DNA from: Ignavibacteriota bacterium
GTDB taxonomy: Bacteria > Bacteroidota > Ignavibacteria > UBA10030 > UBA6906
DNA: 64,000 bases
Assembly: GCA_963801355.1 (NCBI GenBank)
Contig: CAWDEM010000008.1
Coordinates: 2,240,001 to 2,304,000, forward strand
Direction of reading: 5' to 3'
The translations under genes were made by a program, and so were the position numbers. The notes under the pieces were generated by a model. It made no database searches, had not been told where the DNA came from, and saw only the letters and a list, made by a program, of their open reading frames with translations. This document shows positions 51,776 to 61,759 of this stretch, one piece after another. The number at the start of each line of letters is the position of its first letter. Position 1 is the stretch's first letter.

Positions 51776-53833
51776 ATGGTACCCACAGTCCTCGACTGCG
51801 CAAGCGACCCGCTCACCCACAGGTTCGGAGACATGTTCAACCTCCCAGGTCTGACGAACTTCCTCGGCTGCGTTCAAACCGATTTGGATATTACGGGGAT
51901 CAGGAGTCTGAATTTCCCTCCGTATGCGACATCGGACACCCTCACGGGAGCTCTCTACATCGATGGGAGGTTTTTTAAAGCGACGGCGGCTCCAATCACG
52001 TTCGTTTGGTATCCTGATCGCATCGAACGGACCGCCGAGTCAGGAGGATTCCGGTTTCATTCGGTCACCATTCTCGCGGTAGGAGAAATGGCGGTGCTCG
52101 TCCGTCTCGAAATCGAGAACCTTTCAGGGGTCGCACGCTCGCTGACCCTGAAGTATGGTCTTCGAGGAGGAGTCACACGCGTGGATACGGCATGGACCAA
52201 CGCCATCCCCCCATCGGAAGACGATAACCGTGTGGCGCTCGATCCCGCACGAGGAGTCCTGCTGTTTTCCGCAGCCGCAAGCCGGGCGGTATCATGCCAG
52301 GGGATCCTCCCCGCCCCCACAGAAACCACGGCCAGGTCAATGACGCTGCGTCTGGCGCTTGCCCCCGGCGCGAAGTCCGTTGTGACGTATGTCAATGCCA
52401 TCGGTGGTACCGCCGAAGAAGCAGCCGCTCTGTATCAGCGCGTTGCGGCTCATCCGGAACAGATGATTGCCGGGGCACGGGAAAACTGGAATCAGGAGCT
52501 CGCCGCCGTCTTCACACCCGGCAACAACCGGTATTCCGGATCACTTCCCATGCTCGAGACAACCGACAGAGACATCGCCCGCATCTACCATGCAGGCATC
52601 CTTGGCGTCATTTCCTTCAAACGCGACACGCCATTCTCGGTCATCGGCCGGGCGTATGATACCCTCATGCCTAAATGGTGGCAAACGACGACTTTCATAT
52701 GGGACTATAGTCTGAGTGCTCTTGTCCACGCCCTCCTCGACCCCGAAGTGATGCGTAAGTATATCCAGCTCTGGATCAAAAGCGATATTCATACGCATTT
52801 TGGGACGGAGTACCTGACGGGCGGATCCGTCGGGCCCTGGTACTCGGTCAACGATTCTGCCATGGTGAGTCTTGCGCGGGAGTATATCCGGTGGACAGGC
52901 AATCGCTCGTGGTTGACGGAACAGGTGTCCGGGCGACCGGTGTTGGAGTATCTGACTGAGTACGCAACGAACTGGAAGCAGTTCCGCCAGCCAGGCGGGC
53001 TCGCCGATTACGGTGGCTTGTTAAATCTCCTGGAATGCGTGAGCACGTATGTGCATCAGGTGGCAAGCATGAACGCCGCCAACGTATTCAGCCTCCGGAC
53101 CACCGCCGAGTTACAGGAGCTCATGGGCGACAGTTCCCGAGCGCGACTTCTGCGGCAGGAGGCCGGCGAACTGCTCGGCAACATCCTTCGCCTCTACAAT
53201 GCCAAGAGAGGATCCTGGTATGCCCGGTTCCCCGATGGTTCTCTTGTCGATGTCCGTCACTGCTACGATTTTTTCACCGTGATGAATACCATCGGCGACG
53301 ATCTGAGCGTGAGCCAGCGCGAGGAGATGGTCGAATTCTTCCGGCGGGAACTCCAGGAATCGACCTGGATGCGTGCACTTTCCTGCGACGACGATGATGC
53401 GCTGTTCAGCGCCCGCCCCGATCATCAATGGAATGGAGCATATCCTGCATGGCCTCCACAGTCACTGCTGGCACTCTATCGTGCGGGGAAAGCAGACCTG
53501 GCTTTTCAATGGATGAAAGGACTGGCCCGCTCGGCAAACCAGGGACCCTTTGGCCAGGCGCAATTCGTCGATCCCACCGTCCCCGCCGATGGGGGAGGTG
53601 CACGAAAGGCCCCGATCGAGTGTCCCTATATTACCGACTGGACGGTGTCAAGCGGCGGCAGCTGGGTGAGTGCAATCGTTGAAGGGCTTTTTGGTGTTCG
53701 TGCCCCGATGCACGGACACCTTGAGGCTACCCCGGCGTTCAGTTCGTTTGACCCCAAGGCGGAGCTCCACAACCTCCCGTACCAGGGAAGACTGTACAAC
53801 GTATCCCGCGCCGGAGTGCGTTCAACGACGTGA
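51776..53833 (+). CDS. Putative (alpha/alpha)6-barrel glycoside hydrolase, family unassigned
   Basis: Beta-rich N-half and a helical C-half with aromatic/acidic motifs (FIWDY, YSVND, NLLEC, RPDH); glycan-locus context; no signal peptide. Start uncertain (ORF track 51710). Confidence 0.6.
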   Translation: MVPTVLDCASDPLTHRFGDMFNLPGLTNFLGCVQTDLDITGIRSLNFPPYATSDTLTGALYIDGRFFKATAAPITFVWYPDRIERTAESGGFRFHSVTILAVGEMAVLVRLEIENLSGVARSLTLKYGLRGGVTRVDTAWTNAIPPSEDDNRVALDPARGVLLFSAAASRAVSCQGILPAPTETTARSMTLRLALAPGAKSVVTYVNAIGGTAEEAAALYQRVAAHPEQMIAGARENWNQELAAVFTPGNNRYSGSLPMLETTDRDIARIYHAGILGVISFKRDTPFSVIGRAYDTLMPKWWQTTTFIWDYSLSALVHALLDPEVMRKYIQLWIKSDIHTHFGTEYLTGGSVGPWYSVNDSAMVSLAREYIRWTGNRSWLTEQVSGRPVLEYLTEYATNWKQFRQPGGLADYGGLLNLLECVSTYVHQVASMNAANVFSLRTTAELQELMGDSSRARLLRQEAGELLGNILRLYNAKRGSWYARFPDGSLVDVRHCYDFFTVMNTIGDDLSVSQREEMVEFFRRELQESTWMRALSCDDDDALFSARPDHQWNGAYPAWPPQSLLALYRAGKADLAFQWMKGLARSANQGPFGQAQFVDPTVPADGGGARKAPIECPYITDWTVSSGGSWVSAIVEGLFGVRAPMHGHLEATPAFSSFDPKAELHNLPYQGRLYNVSRAGVRSTT

Positions 53834-56733
53834 TCCCGAAGTCAGGCAGCCTGCAGATTTGTGCACTTCCATTTCTCCGACGCCGCGAAGGCCGCCTCGT
53901 TCAGGCTATTCGTGTCCGCTGCACTGCCCCACAAGGTGTGACTGACTATCGCTGGACGCTTCGCGCCATCCGTGGCACCCTGCAGGAAGAATTTCCCTTA
54001 CAGGGAGAAGAGACGCAGATCGTGTTTCTCCCTGAACCGGAGACTCCCGGTGAAACAACTTTCCTCGCAACGTGGGGGGATACACACGAGTCGCTTCTCC
54101 TGCATATGAGTCCGGTCCGCCGATGGACAGTGCACCTTGTTCTGCATTCGCACACGGATCTTGGATTTACTGCTCCTGTGTCAGATGTCGCACAACTGCA
54201 CAATAACAACACCGATCGTGCAATAGAGCTTTGTCGGGAAACCGCACATCTCCCTGAGGGTCTGCGCTTCAGGTGGACATGCGAAGTGACCTGGCAGGTG
54301 CAGAATTACATACGCGATCGTACACCCGGACAGGTTGCCGCCCTGATGCAACTGGTGCGGGCGGGAGAGATCGGTGTCGGCGCCCTGTACAGCGGAGAAC
54401 TTACCGGACTCCTCGGACACGAGGAGTCCGTCCGGTCACTGGCGTATGCAGGTTTCCTCAGGCACCGGTATGGCATTCCCTGTGATACAGCGATGCTTTG
54501 CGACGTGCCGGGATGCACCGCCGGACTTGTGCAAATTATGGCGAAATCAGGGGTGTCGGGCCTTATCGTCGCCGACAACAACTTCATGGCTCCCTTCCTG
54601 CCGCGCACAAACCTCCCTCGCCCATTTATGTGGAGAGGAAGCGATAACACGGATGTCCTGTGCTGGTTCACCGATCATCCGTTCTACGCGTATGTCGAAG
54701 GAGAGTATTACGGTTTCCTGGAAGACCTGCGCAAAGCGGAACAGATGCTCGGGGACAAACTCCTCGCCCTTGAAGAACAGGGGTACCCGTACGACCGCTT
54801 CCAGATCCAGTATGCCTTCGACAACGCGCCCATCACATCTGTTCCTGCGGAAATCGTGCGCGAGTGGGCCGCGCATTGGGAGTATCCGAAGGTTCTCCTC
54901 TCCACCGCGAGAGAGTTCCTTGCGGCCATGAGACAGGAGCATGAACCTACCCTTCCCCGGCGCTCGGGCGATTGGTCCGATTGGTGGGGGGGAATCGTCA
55001 CTGGCTTCCCGGCCGATGAGGCCCTTGCGCGCGAATATCATGAGCGGGCCCCCGCCATCGAGACGCTCTCAACACACCTTGTGCTCCACGCAAACGGAAT
55101 CCCTCGACCCGATCCACGCGTAGCCCGCGTATACGATGGCCTCCTGGCCTTCGATGAGCACAGCGGCGGAGGTAATCTCTGGCGACCCGGAAACCGCGAA
55201 GAACAGGACCGCGCACTGCGCGAGGGATATGGCTTCCTCCATACAGCGATCGGCGAACTGGAAACGCTTCAACACGAAACGATGGATCTCCTGGCGGCCC
55301 ATGCCGCACAACCCGGAGCGGAAAACCGCGTCGGAATATACAATCCCTCAGGAGTGGCGGTGTCCCGTTACGTGGATATCACCCAAGCCGGAAGAGCACG
55401 CCGGGGGGTTCTTGCACATGATGTGCCGCCGTACGGCTATCGTCTGTTTCCAGCAGAACAACTCGTCACGACGGCGGGTCGCACGGCGAATCCAGTCCGC
55501 GCCCGGGCAGATGCAAACGCCGTGTACCTGGAAAGCCCGGCATGCACCGTGACTATCGACCGGAAAAGCGGCCGATGGATCTCGTACCTGGTCAAGGACG
55601 CCCCCGGCGAGCTCGTCCCGCCTGGAGAGGCACCGAATACTCCTTGTGTGTACGTCGTGCGCCCGGCATGCGAGATAGTGCTGGGCAAATACATTCCGGA
55701 TTTGTATGACGGCACATCGCATCCGGGCAGCTTTGTTCCCTGGCCTGCAGCCTCAGTCCCGGCATTGACGTGGGGTGACGACTTCCAGGGCAGTGCTATG
55801 TGTTCCGTGGAACACCGGATAGAGGGTATCCCCTGGATGATTCAGCAGTATCGCCTCAGCGAGCACCATGCCGGGGTTTCCATCGTCAACACGTTGCTGC
55901 GCACATGCGTCACCCAGCCTGCGCTGCGATCGGCGCTCACGGATTTTCTGCCTGCCAGCGGCGTGATGTACTTCCATTTCCCCTTCGTATTGCTCGAACC
56001 ATATGTCGAATATGAAGCGCCCGGGAAAATTCTTCGGCCCGCCGAGGAGCAATTCCCCGGCTCGTGCCACGACTTCGTGGCTGTCCAACGCTGGTGCGCT
56101 CTCCGGAACCCACGCGGCGGAGTGCTTCTCACTCTTCCCGATACCCCGTTGATCGATATCGGCAGCGTGGGCCTCCTCAGGTTCAAAGCACGTCTCGACA
56201 GCCACCCATCGGCATTGTTCGTCCGCGCAGTGACATTGAAGGATTGGGGCGGGCCGGATGAATCACCGTACACACATACACATGATTTTGTCTTCCGGTT
56301 CGGCGTCTCATTCATCGCCGATGATCCTGCCGGGCAGCCGGACATGACATTCCGAGCTCAGGCGCATCGCCGTGCCGTCCAGGACACAACACCATTGCTG
56401 CAGTTCGTTCCTCGCCCCGGAGAACCGGGCAGCGGACCCGGCGACGTTCACCGGTTTCTTGCCGTCACGCCTGATACTGTTGAAGTGCTGACGATGAAAC
56501 CAGCGGAAGCAGGCAACGGATGGATCATCCGTCTGCGCGAAGCGACAGGGGTTCGAACGGAGGCGCACCTGGTGTTTCCGGGGTTGCGCATCCTTGCTTG
56601 CCGGACGGCAATGATGACCGAAGAACCGGGTCTTCCTGTTCCTTTCACCGACAATGAGGTGACCATACAGTGTGCCCCGTTTGCTATCGTCACACTCTTG
56701 CTGGAACTCGTCCCCCGGATGCACCATGTCTGA
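53830..56733 (+). CDS. GH38-like glycoside hydrolase, no signal peptide
   Basis: HSHTDLGFT, FRWTCE, CDVPG, DNAP, GDWSDWW, FDEHS and C-terminal KPAE.G.G.I.RLRE. Confidence 0.82.
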   Translation: MIPKSGSLQICALPFLRRREGRLVQAIRVRCTAPQGVTDYRWTLRAIRGTLQEEFPLQGEETQIVFLPEPETPGETTFLATWGDTHESLLLHMSPVRRWTVHLVLHSHTDLGFTAPVSDVAQLHNNNTDRAIELCRETAHLPEGLRFRWTCEVTWQVQNYIRDRTPGQVAALMQLVRAGEIGVGALYSGELTGLLGHEESVRSLAYAGFLRHRYGIPCDTAMLCDVPGCTAGLVQIMAKSGVSGLIVADNNFMAPFLPRTNLPRPFMWRGSDNTDVLCWFTDHPFYAYVEGEYYGFLEDLRKAEQMLGDKLLALEEQGYPYDRFQIQYAFDNAPITSVPAEIVREWAAHWEYPKVLLSTAREFLAAMRQEHEPTLPRRSGDWSDWWGGIVTGFPADEALAREYHERAPAIETLSTHLVLHANGIPRPDPRVARVYDGLLAFDEHSGGGNLWRPGNREEQDRALREGYGFLHTAIGELETLQHETMDLLAAHAAQPGAENRVGIYNPSGVAVSRYVDITQAGRARRGVLAHDVPPYGYRLFPAEQLVTTAGRTANPVRARADANAVYLESPACTVTIDRKSGRWISYLVKDAPGELVPPGEAPNTPCVYVVRPACEIVLGKYIPDLYDGTSHPGSFVPWPAASVPALTWGDDFQGSAMCSVEHRIEGIPWMIQQYRLSEHHAGVSIVNTLLRTCVTQPALRSALTDFLPASGVMYFHFPFVLLEPYVEYEAPGKILRPAEEQFPGSCHDFVAVQRWCALRNPRGGVLLTLPDTPLIDIGSVGLLRFKARLDSHPSALFVRAVTLKDWGGPDESPYTHTHDFVFRFGVSFIADDPAGQPDMTFRAQAHRRAVQDTTPLLQFVPRPGEPGSGPGDVHRFLAVTPDTVEVLTMKPAEAGNGWIIRLREATGVRTEAHLVFPGLRILACRTAMMTEEPGLPVPFTDNEVTIQCAPFAIVTLLLELVPRMHHV

Positions 56734-57910
56734 TCGACATTCTTTCGTAGGCTTCCGCAATGCGGTAGCAGAAATCGCCGCGCCAGAGGCCAAACGCCGG
56801 CTCGTTGACGGGTACCTGAAGGATCTCGAATATCCGGTGTTCGAGGGGGACAGCAGCGTAATCCTTCTGTACCGCGGTCGCGCCGATGCGGTGCATATCG
56901 CGGGCGATATGACACACTGGGTTGAGTCGCTTCCATTCACGCGGATATCCGGGACAGATCTGTTCTGGTTCCGCGGGACGTATGAACCCGATGCACGGCT
57001 GGAGTACGTCCTGCAAGTGTCTGGTGCAGAGGCACCGATCACCGATCCCCTGAACCCGTATGCTGTACACGGATTTGTATTGAATTCCGAGCTCGCCATG
57101 CCTCGATACCGCAGGCATCGGATGTTTGAGCCGTACAAAGACGGCCGGAAAGGTGGTTTCGAATTGTTGCACGAATACACTCTTCCGGCTGGAGTGTTGC
57201 CGTATTCTCATACCATCCACGTATACACGCCTCCAGAGTACACGCAAATGGAGCGTCGATTTCCCTGCGTCTATTTTCAGGATGGCCGGGACTACATCGA
57301 GTACGGCATTGCGCCACTCGTCCTCCACACGCTCATCCAGTCGGGCCGCATCGAACCTCTGATCGGAGTCTTTGTGACACCGCCGAATCTCCATCTCCCT
57401 CAAACGCCGAACAGGACGAACGAATACGGGATGAGTGCGGAGTATGTCGAATTTTTCACGGAGGAACTCCGTGTATGGGTGGATGCGCATTTCCGCACCG
57501 TGTGCGATCGCTCCGCGCGCCTCGTGGTCGGCGATTCATACGGAGGGCTGATATCAATAACAATCGGGTTGCGTCGACCGGACATTTTCGGGATAGCATA
57601 CTCGCAGTCCGGTTATATGTCATTCAAAAAGGATCTGCTCCTCCAGGAAGTGGCCGGCACAGAGCCTGTCCGCGGCCGTTTCTATCTGGATTGCGGAACA
57701 TACGAACAGTGCGTGGGCCGCGGGATTGTTCCCGATGAGGAAGGCGACTTCCTTGCTGCAAATCGTCGTATGGCCCGGCTCATGCAACACAAGCATATCG
57801 ACATGGTGTACCGGGAATACCACGAGGGGCATACATGGGGAAATTGGCGGGGCCATCTACATGACGCGTTGGAACATTTCTTCGGCTCAACGCGTGAAAG
57901 GGGTACATAG
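56726..57910 (+). CDS. Fes/CE1-like alpha/beta esterase with N-terminal E-set (CBM48-like) domain
   Basis: V.IAGD...W and RLEY...DPLNP; VYTPP.Y, QDG, nucleophile GDSYGG and EGHTW..W. Confidence 0.85.
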   Translation: MSDRHSFVGFRNAVAEIAAPEAKRRLVDGYLKDLEYPVFEGDSSVILLYRGRADAVHIAGDMTHWVESLPFTRISGTDLFWFRGTYEPDARLEYVLQVSGAEAPITDPLNPYAVHGFVLNSELAMPRYRRHRMFEPYKDGRKGGFELLHEYTLPAGVLPYSHTIHVYTPPEYTQMERRFPCVYFQDGRDYIEYGIAPLVLHTLIQSGRIEPLIGVFVTPPNLHLPQTPNRTNEYGMSAEYVEFFTEELRVWVDAHFRTVCDRSARLVVGDSYGGLISITIGLRRPDIFGIAYSQSGYMSFKKDLLLQEVAGTEPVRGRFYLDCGTYEQCVGRGIVPDEEGDFLAANRRMARLMQHKHIDMVYREYHEGHTWGNWRGHLHDALEHFFGSTRERGT

Positions 57911-57912
57911 CG

Positions 57913-58830
57913 ATGCGCTTTGGCATGGATTTCGGCGGGACAAACATCAAGGCAGGAGTGTTTGATGAGAACGGGCAAACGCTGCTGCTCCGCATGCGAC
58001 CACTGAAGGGGTTCACGGCATCGCCAACACTCCTCCAGGACGTGATCGCCTTTGCAGAAGAGGTCATCGGTGATCGAGATGTCCGTGCCGGGGGCCTGGC
58101 GATCAAGGGAATGGTGGATGTCGAGCACGGCGTGGTACGGGATGACATCGGCGCAGGATCGCTCCTCGCCGGCCTGCCGCTGCGTGAGGAGTTCTCATCG
58201 CGCCTGCAGATTCCCTTCGCCGTGGACAACGACGCCCGGGCCTATGCATGGGGGGAATGGCGATTCGGTGCAGGCAAAGGTGCACGCACCATGGTGTGCA
58301 TGACATTCGGGACCGGACTCGGATGCGCCGTTGTAGCACGTGGTCATCCGTACACCGGAACAGACGCACTCGGGGGGCTTCTGGGAGGACACATCAGCAT
58401 CGATCGCAACGGTCCCGAATGCCCGTGCGGGCATCGGGGCTGCCTGGAACTCTATTGTTCCGCCACTGCGCTCCGTCGCCGTATCGTCGCAGCACATCCG
58501 GAGTGCGGGACGGAATCATCCGACGCACTCGCCTCTTTCTTCAGTGGCATCCGGGCGCAACGGCCCGAGTACCGTTCCACATTTGACGCTATCGTGGAGG
58601 ACTTTGCCGCAGGCATTGTGAATGTCGTGCATGCCTATTCCCCCGATGTGGTGGTCCTCGGCGGCGGCGTTCTGAAAAGCGCCGATCTGCTTCTCCCGGC
58701 GCTCACGATACTCGTGCACAGGCGCGCCTGGACCTTTCCACGGGGCATGGTGAAAGTCTTCGCATCCGCCCTGGGCGACGCGGCGGCCGCTGTGGGTGTG
58801 GCGTTTCATCAACATCTCAACCCATCGTAA
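57913..58830 (+). CDS. ROK-family sugar kinase
   Basis: GMDFGGTNIK, DNDA, FGTGLG, GH...CPCG.RGCLE and VLGGGV; no HTH. Confidence 0.92.
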   Translation: MRFGMDFGGTNIKAGVFDENGQTLLLRMRPLKGFTASPTLLQDVIAFAEEVIGDRDVRAGGLAIKGMVDVEHGVVRDDIGAGSLLAGLPLREEFSSRLQIPFAVDNDARAYAWGEWRFGAGKGARTMVCMTFGTGLGCAVVARGHPYTGTDALGGLLGGHISIDRNGPECPCGHRGCLELYCSATALRRRIVAAHPECGTESSDALASFFSGIRAQRPEYRSTFDAIVEDFAAGIVNVVHAYSPDVVVLGGGVLKSADLLLPALTILVHRRAWTFPRGMVKVFASALGDAAAAVGVAFHQHLNPS

Positions 58831-58849
58831 AGGAGCCGGTACAAGCACC

Positions 58850-60688
58850 ATGCAGACACCCGATCCATTCCTTGCACCGCTCCCCGATGAGCTGAAAGAT
58901 TTTCCCCGCGGACCTTACAACCGCTTTCCGGTCTTCTCCCCACGCCGAGGGGAAATTGAACGCGGCTTTGCCTCACTTGCACTCCGGATACAACACACCA
59001 TGCGCCGGGGGACTCGTGTTCTCGTCATCGATGGTTTCAACGGCGTCGACTGGAAACAGTTCCGGACATCATTGTCTATCGGACTTGGCGCACTCGGCAT
59101 CTCTGCCGCCTGGCACGCCATGGAAGAGAGCCTGAAGGCGCCGGAAACGATCGGGGAGCACCTCGCACCATTCCTCGGCGGTGATGACCCGCTGTTCGGA
59201 CGCGCCTATCCCTTCGGACCGGACCATCTCTTCGATGCGGAGAAAATCGCCAATCTCCGCACCACGGTGGCGCTGGCACGTTCTGAGGCTTCGCATTCCC
59301 TGACAATCGTCAGCGGGTGCTGTGCCGGCCTCGTGGAACTCTGGGATGAGCTCTGGTATCTGGATATCCCGAAAGACGTGGTTCAAGGGCGGGCGCGTAG
59401 CGGTCTGGTCACGAATCTCGGTGATGATCGGTCCCGGACGTTCGGAGAATTCTATAAACGCTCCTACTTCTGCGACTGGCCGATGCTCAACAGGATGAAG
59501 CGGCGGTTGCTTCCGGATATTGGTGTTTTCGTTGACGTGCAGGATTCTTCCACTCCAACAGCAATGACCGGCGGGGACTTTCGCGCAACGCTTCATGAGC
59601 TCGCCGAGTCTCCCTTCCGTGTCCGACCCTGGTTCTTCCCCGGACCATGGGGCGGCCAGTTCATGAAAGGGCACATGGGCCTCGATGCCACACAGCCAAA
59701 TTATGCCTGGTCATTTGAGCTCATCGTACCGGAGAACGGAATCACCCTGGAAAAGAATGGGAGCCGGCTGGAGTTTTCATTCGATCTCCTGATGTACGCC
59801 GAATATCGGAGGGTACTCGGCGAGGAAGGAGGCAGACAATTCCTGCATGAATGGCCTATTCGTCTCGACTATCTCGATACCATTGATGGTGGCCACCTCT
59901 CAACGCAGTGCCACCCCCGTCTCCGGTATGTTCAGACGCAGTTCGGTGAATCGTTCACTCAGGACGAAACGTACTACATCGTCAATGCACGTTCCGATGC
60001 CCGCGTCTTCATCGGGCTCACCGACGAGTGCGATCCCGCAGCGTTCAAGCATGCGCTGCAAACCTCCGCCCGTGATGGTCAGGAGGTACAGATCGACAGG
60101 TTCGTCCATAGCGAACCCAGCAAACCGCACGACCTCTTTCTCATTCCCAATGGGACCGTGCACTGCAGCGGAAGGGGAAATCTCGTCCTGGAGATAAGCG
60201 CGACGACGTACATCTTTACCTTCAAGATCTACGACTATCTGCGGAAGGACCTGAACGGCGAGCTTCGCCCGATCAATATCGATCGGGCATTTGACAACAT
60301 CCGGTTCGAGCGGCGGCCGGTATGGGTGCGAGAGAACCTCATCGCTCGCCCCCGACTGCTCAGAGAAGGACCCGGTTGGAAGGAGTACCTGCTGATGGAC
60401 AGGCCGGAGTTCTTCTACAATATTCATCGTCTGGAGTTCGAACATGAGTGCTCGTACTCCACGGACGACAGGGGATATGCAGTGAACCTTGTGGAGGGAG
60501 AGCAGATCAGTGTCATCGCCGCAAATGGCAACACGTACACACTCTCCTACCTCGAATCCATGCTCATCCCCGCCGCTGCAGGGCACGTCCGTTTGGTGAA
60601 CAAAGGAGAACGGCCCTGCAAGCTTGTTCTCGTGTACGTGCGCCCGGGTGTCGGCAACACTCTTCCACTGAACTCTCCGGCAACCTGA
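58850..60688 (+). CDS. Class I mannose-6-phosphate isomerase-like cupin with long N-terminal extension
   Basis: PGPWGGQ, LSTQCHP, QDETYY, GTVHCSG, LEIS and FK.YD; start moved to ATG 58850. Confidence 0.78.
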   Translation: MQTPDPFLAPLPDELKDFPRGPYNRFPVFSPRRGEIERGFASLALRIQHTMRRGTRVLVIDGFNGVDWKQFRTSLSIGLGALGISAAWHAMEESLKAPETIGEHLAPFLGGDDPLFGRAYPFGPDHLFDAEKIANLRTTVALARSEASHSLTIVSGCCAGLVELWDELWYLDIPKDVVQGRARSGLVTNLGDDRSRTFGEFYKRSYFCDWPMLNRMKRRLLPDIGVFVDVQDSSTPTAMTGGDFRATLHELAESPFRVRPWFFPGPWGGQFMKGHMGLDATQPNYAWSFELIVPENGITLEKNGSRLEFSFDLLMYAEYRRVLGEEGGRQFLHEWPIRLDYLDTIDGGHLSTQCHPRLRYVQTQFGESFTQDETYYIVNARSDARVFIGLTDECDPAAFKHALQTSARDGQEVQIDRFVHSEPSKPHDLFLIPNGTVHCSGRGNLVLEISATTYIFTFKIYDYLRKDLNGELRPINIDRAFDNIRFERRPVWVRENLIARPRLLREGPGWKEYLLMDRPEFFYNIHRLEFEHECSYSTDDRGYAVNLVEGEQISVIAANGNTYTLSYLESMLIPAAAGHVRLVNKGERPCKLVLVYVRPGVGNTLPLNSPAT

Positions 60689-60697
60689 CCAAGCACC

Positions 60698-61759
60698 ATG
60701 TATTGGCTTTGGGATCCTGACCCTGTCGCTTTCGCCATCACCGACTTTGGAGTGAGTTGGTACGGACTTCTCTGGGCACTGGGGTTCCTCTTCGCCCAGC
60801 GGCTTGTGATTCTCATGTACAGGAAGGAAGGGAAGCCGGGCCGCGATCTCGACGCTCTATTGGTCTATCTTATTGTTGGAACCGTTGTGGGAGCGCGTAT
60901 CGGCCACTGCCTCTTCTATGATCCGCTGTACTATGTTCACAATCCCCTTTCGGTCTTCAAGGTCTGGGAAGGAGGTCTCGCCAGTCATGGGGCAGCAGCC
61001 GGCCTTCTGACCGCCCTCTATGTCTTCTCCCGGCGCAAGAAAGACCAGCCATTCCTCTGGTTGGTCGACCGCGTCGCTGTAGCTGCCGCGCTTGTCGGAG
61101 GACTCGTGCGTATAGGGAATTTCATCAACTCGGAGGTTATCGGAACACCGACCCGCTGCTCCTTCGGTGTTGTGTTCGTTGCTCCCATTCATGAAGCAGT
61201 GCTCAGCTCAGATCCCTCCATCGCAGGTGTCGAAATCCGGCGGATCGACACTCTCGTGGAGTCGCCACCGGGGATTGTTCCTTTGAGCATCACCGTTTCC
61301 ACCCGCCCATCTAATCCTTCAGGCGAATGGCGCCTCGGAGTGCTTCAGCGCGTGCGTGCAGCTCTGCTCGCACATCCGTCAGCACGGTTGCACATCCAGC
61401 CAGAAGGACTCTCCGCCCCGTCGCTGCCGGGGCAAAACAACGCCACGGGCATGACCCTATTCGTCGCAGGTATCGCCCGTCATCCGGTCCAATTATATGA
61501 AGGAGCTGTGGGTCTTGTGCTCGCCCTGGTTCTTTTTCTTCTCTGGCGGAAACATCAATCACAGCTTCTGCATGGCTCCCTTTTCGGCTGGTACCTTGTT
61601 GCCATTTTCGCTTCGCGGTTCGTCCTCGAGTACCTCAAAGAATCCGTCACGCCCATCGAGGCTGGATGGCCGTTCAGCATCGGACAACTCCTCAGCATCC
61701 CTTTTGTACTGTCCGGGTTCTGGCTGCTTGTGCATCAGAATTGTCGAAGGCAAACATGA
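60698..61759 (+). CDS. lgt: Prolipoprotein diacylglyceryl transferase (long form with internal insertion)
   Basis: WYGL, GARIGH, EGGLASHG, RIGNFINSE, RHPVQLYE, RF..EY.K and GQLLSIPF. Confidence 0.93.
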   Translation: MYWLWDPDPVAFAITDFGVSWYGLLWALGFLFAQRLVILMYRKEGKPGRDLDALLVYLIVGTVVGARIGHCLFYDPLYYVHNPLSVFKVWEGGLASHGAAAGLLTALYVFSRRKKDQPFLWLVDRVAVAAALVGGLVRIGNFINSEVIGTPTRCSFGVVFVAPIHEAVLSSDPSIAGVEIRRIDTLVESPPGIVPLSITVSTRPSNPSGEWRLGVLQRVRAALLAHPSARLHIQPEGLSAPSLPGQNNATGMTLFVAGIARHPVQLYEGAVGLVLALVLFLLWRKHQSQLLHGSLFGWYLVAIFASRFVLEYLKESVTPIEAGWPFSIGQLLSIPFVLSGFWLLVHQNCRRQT

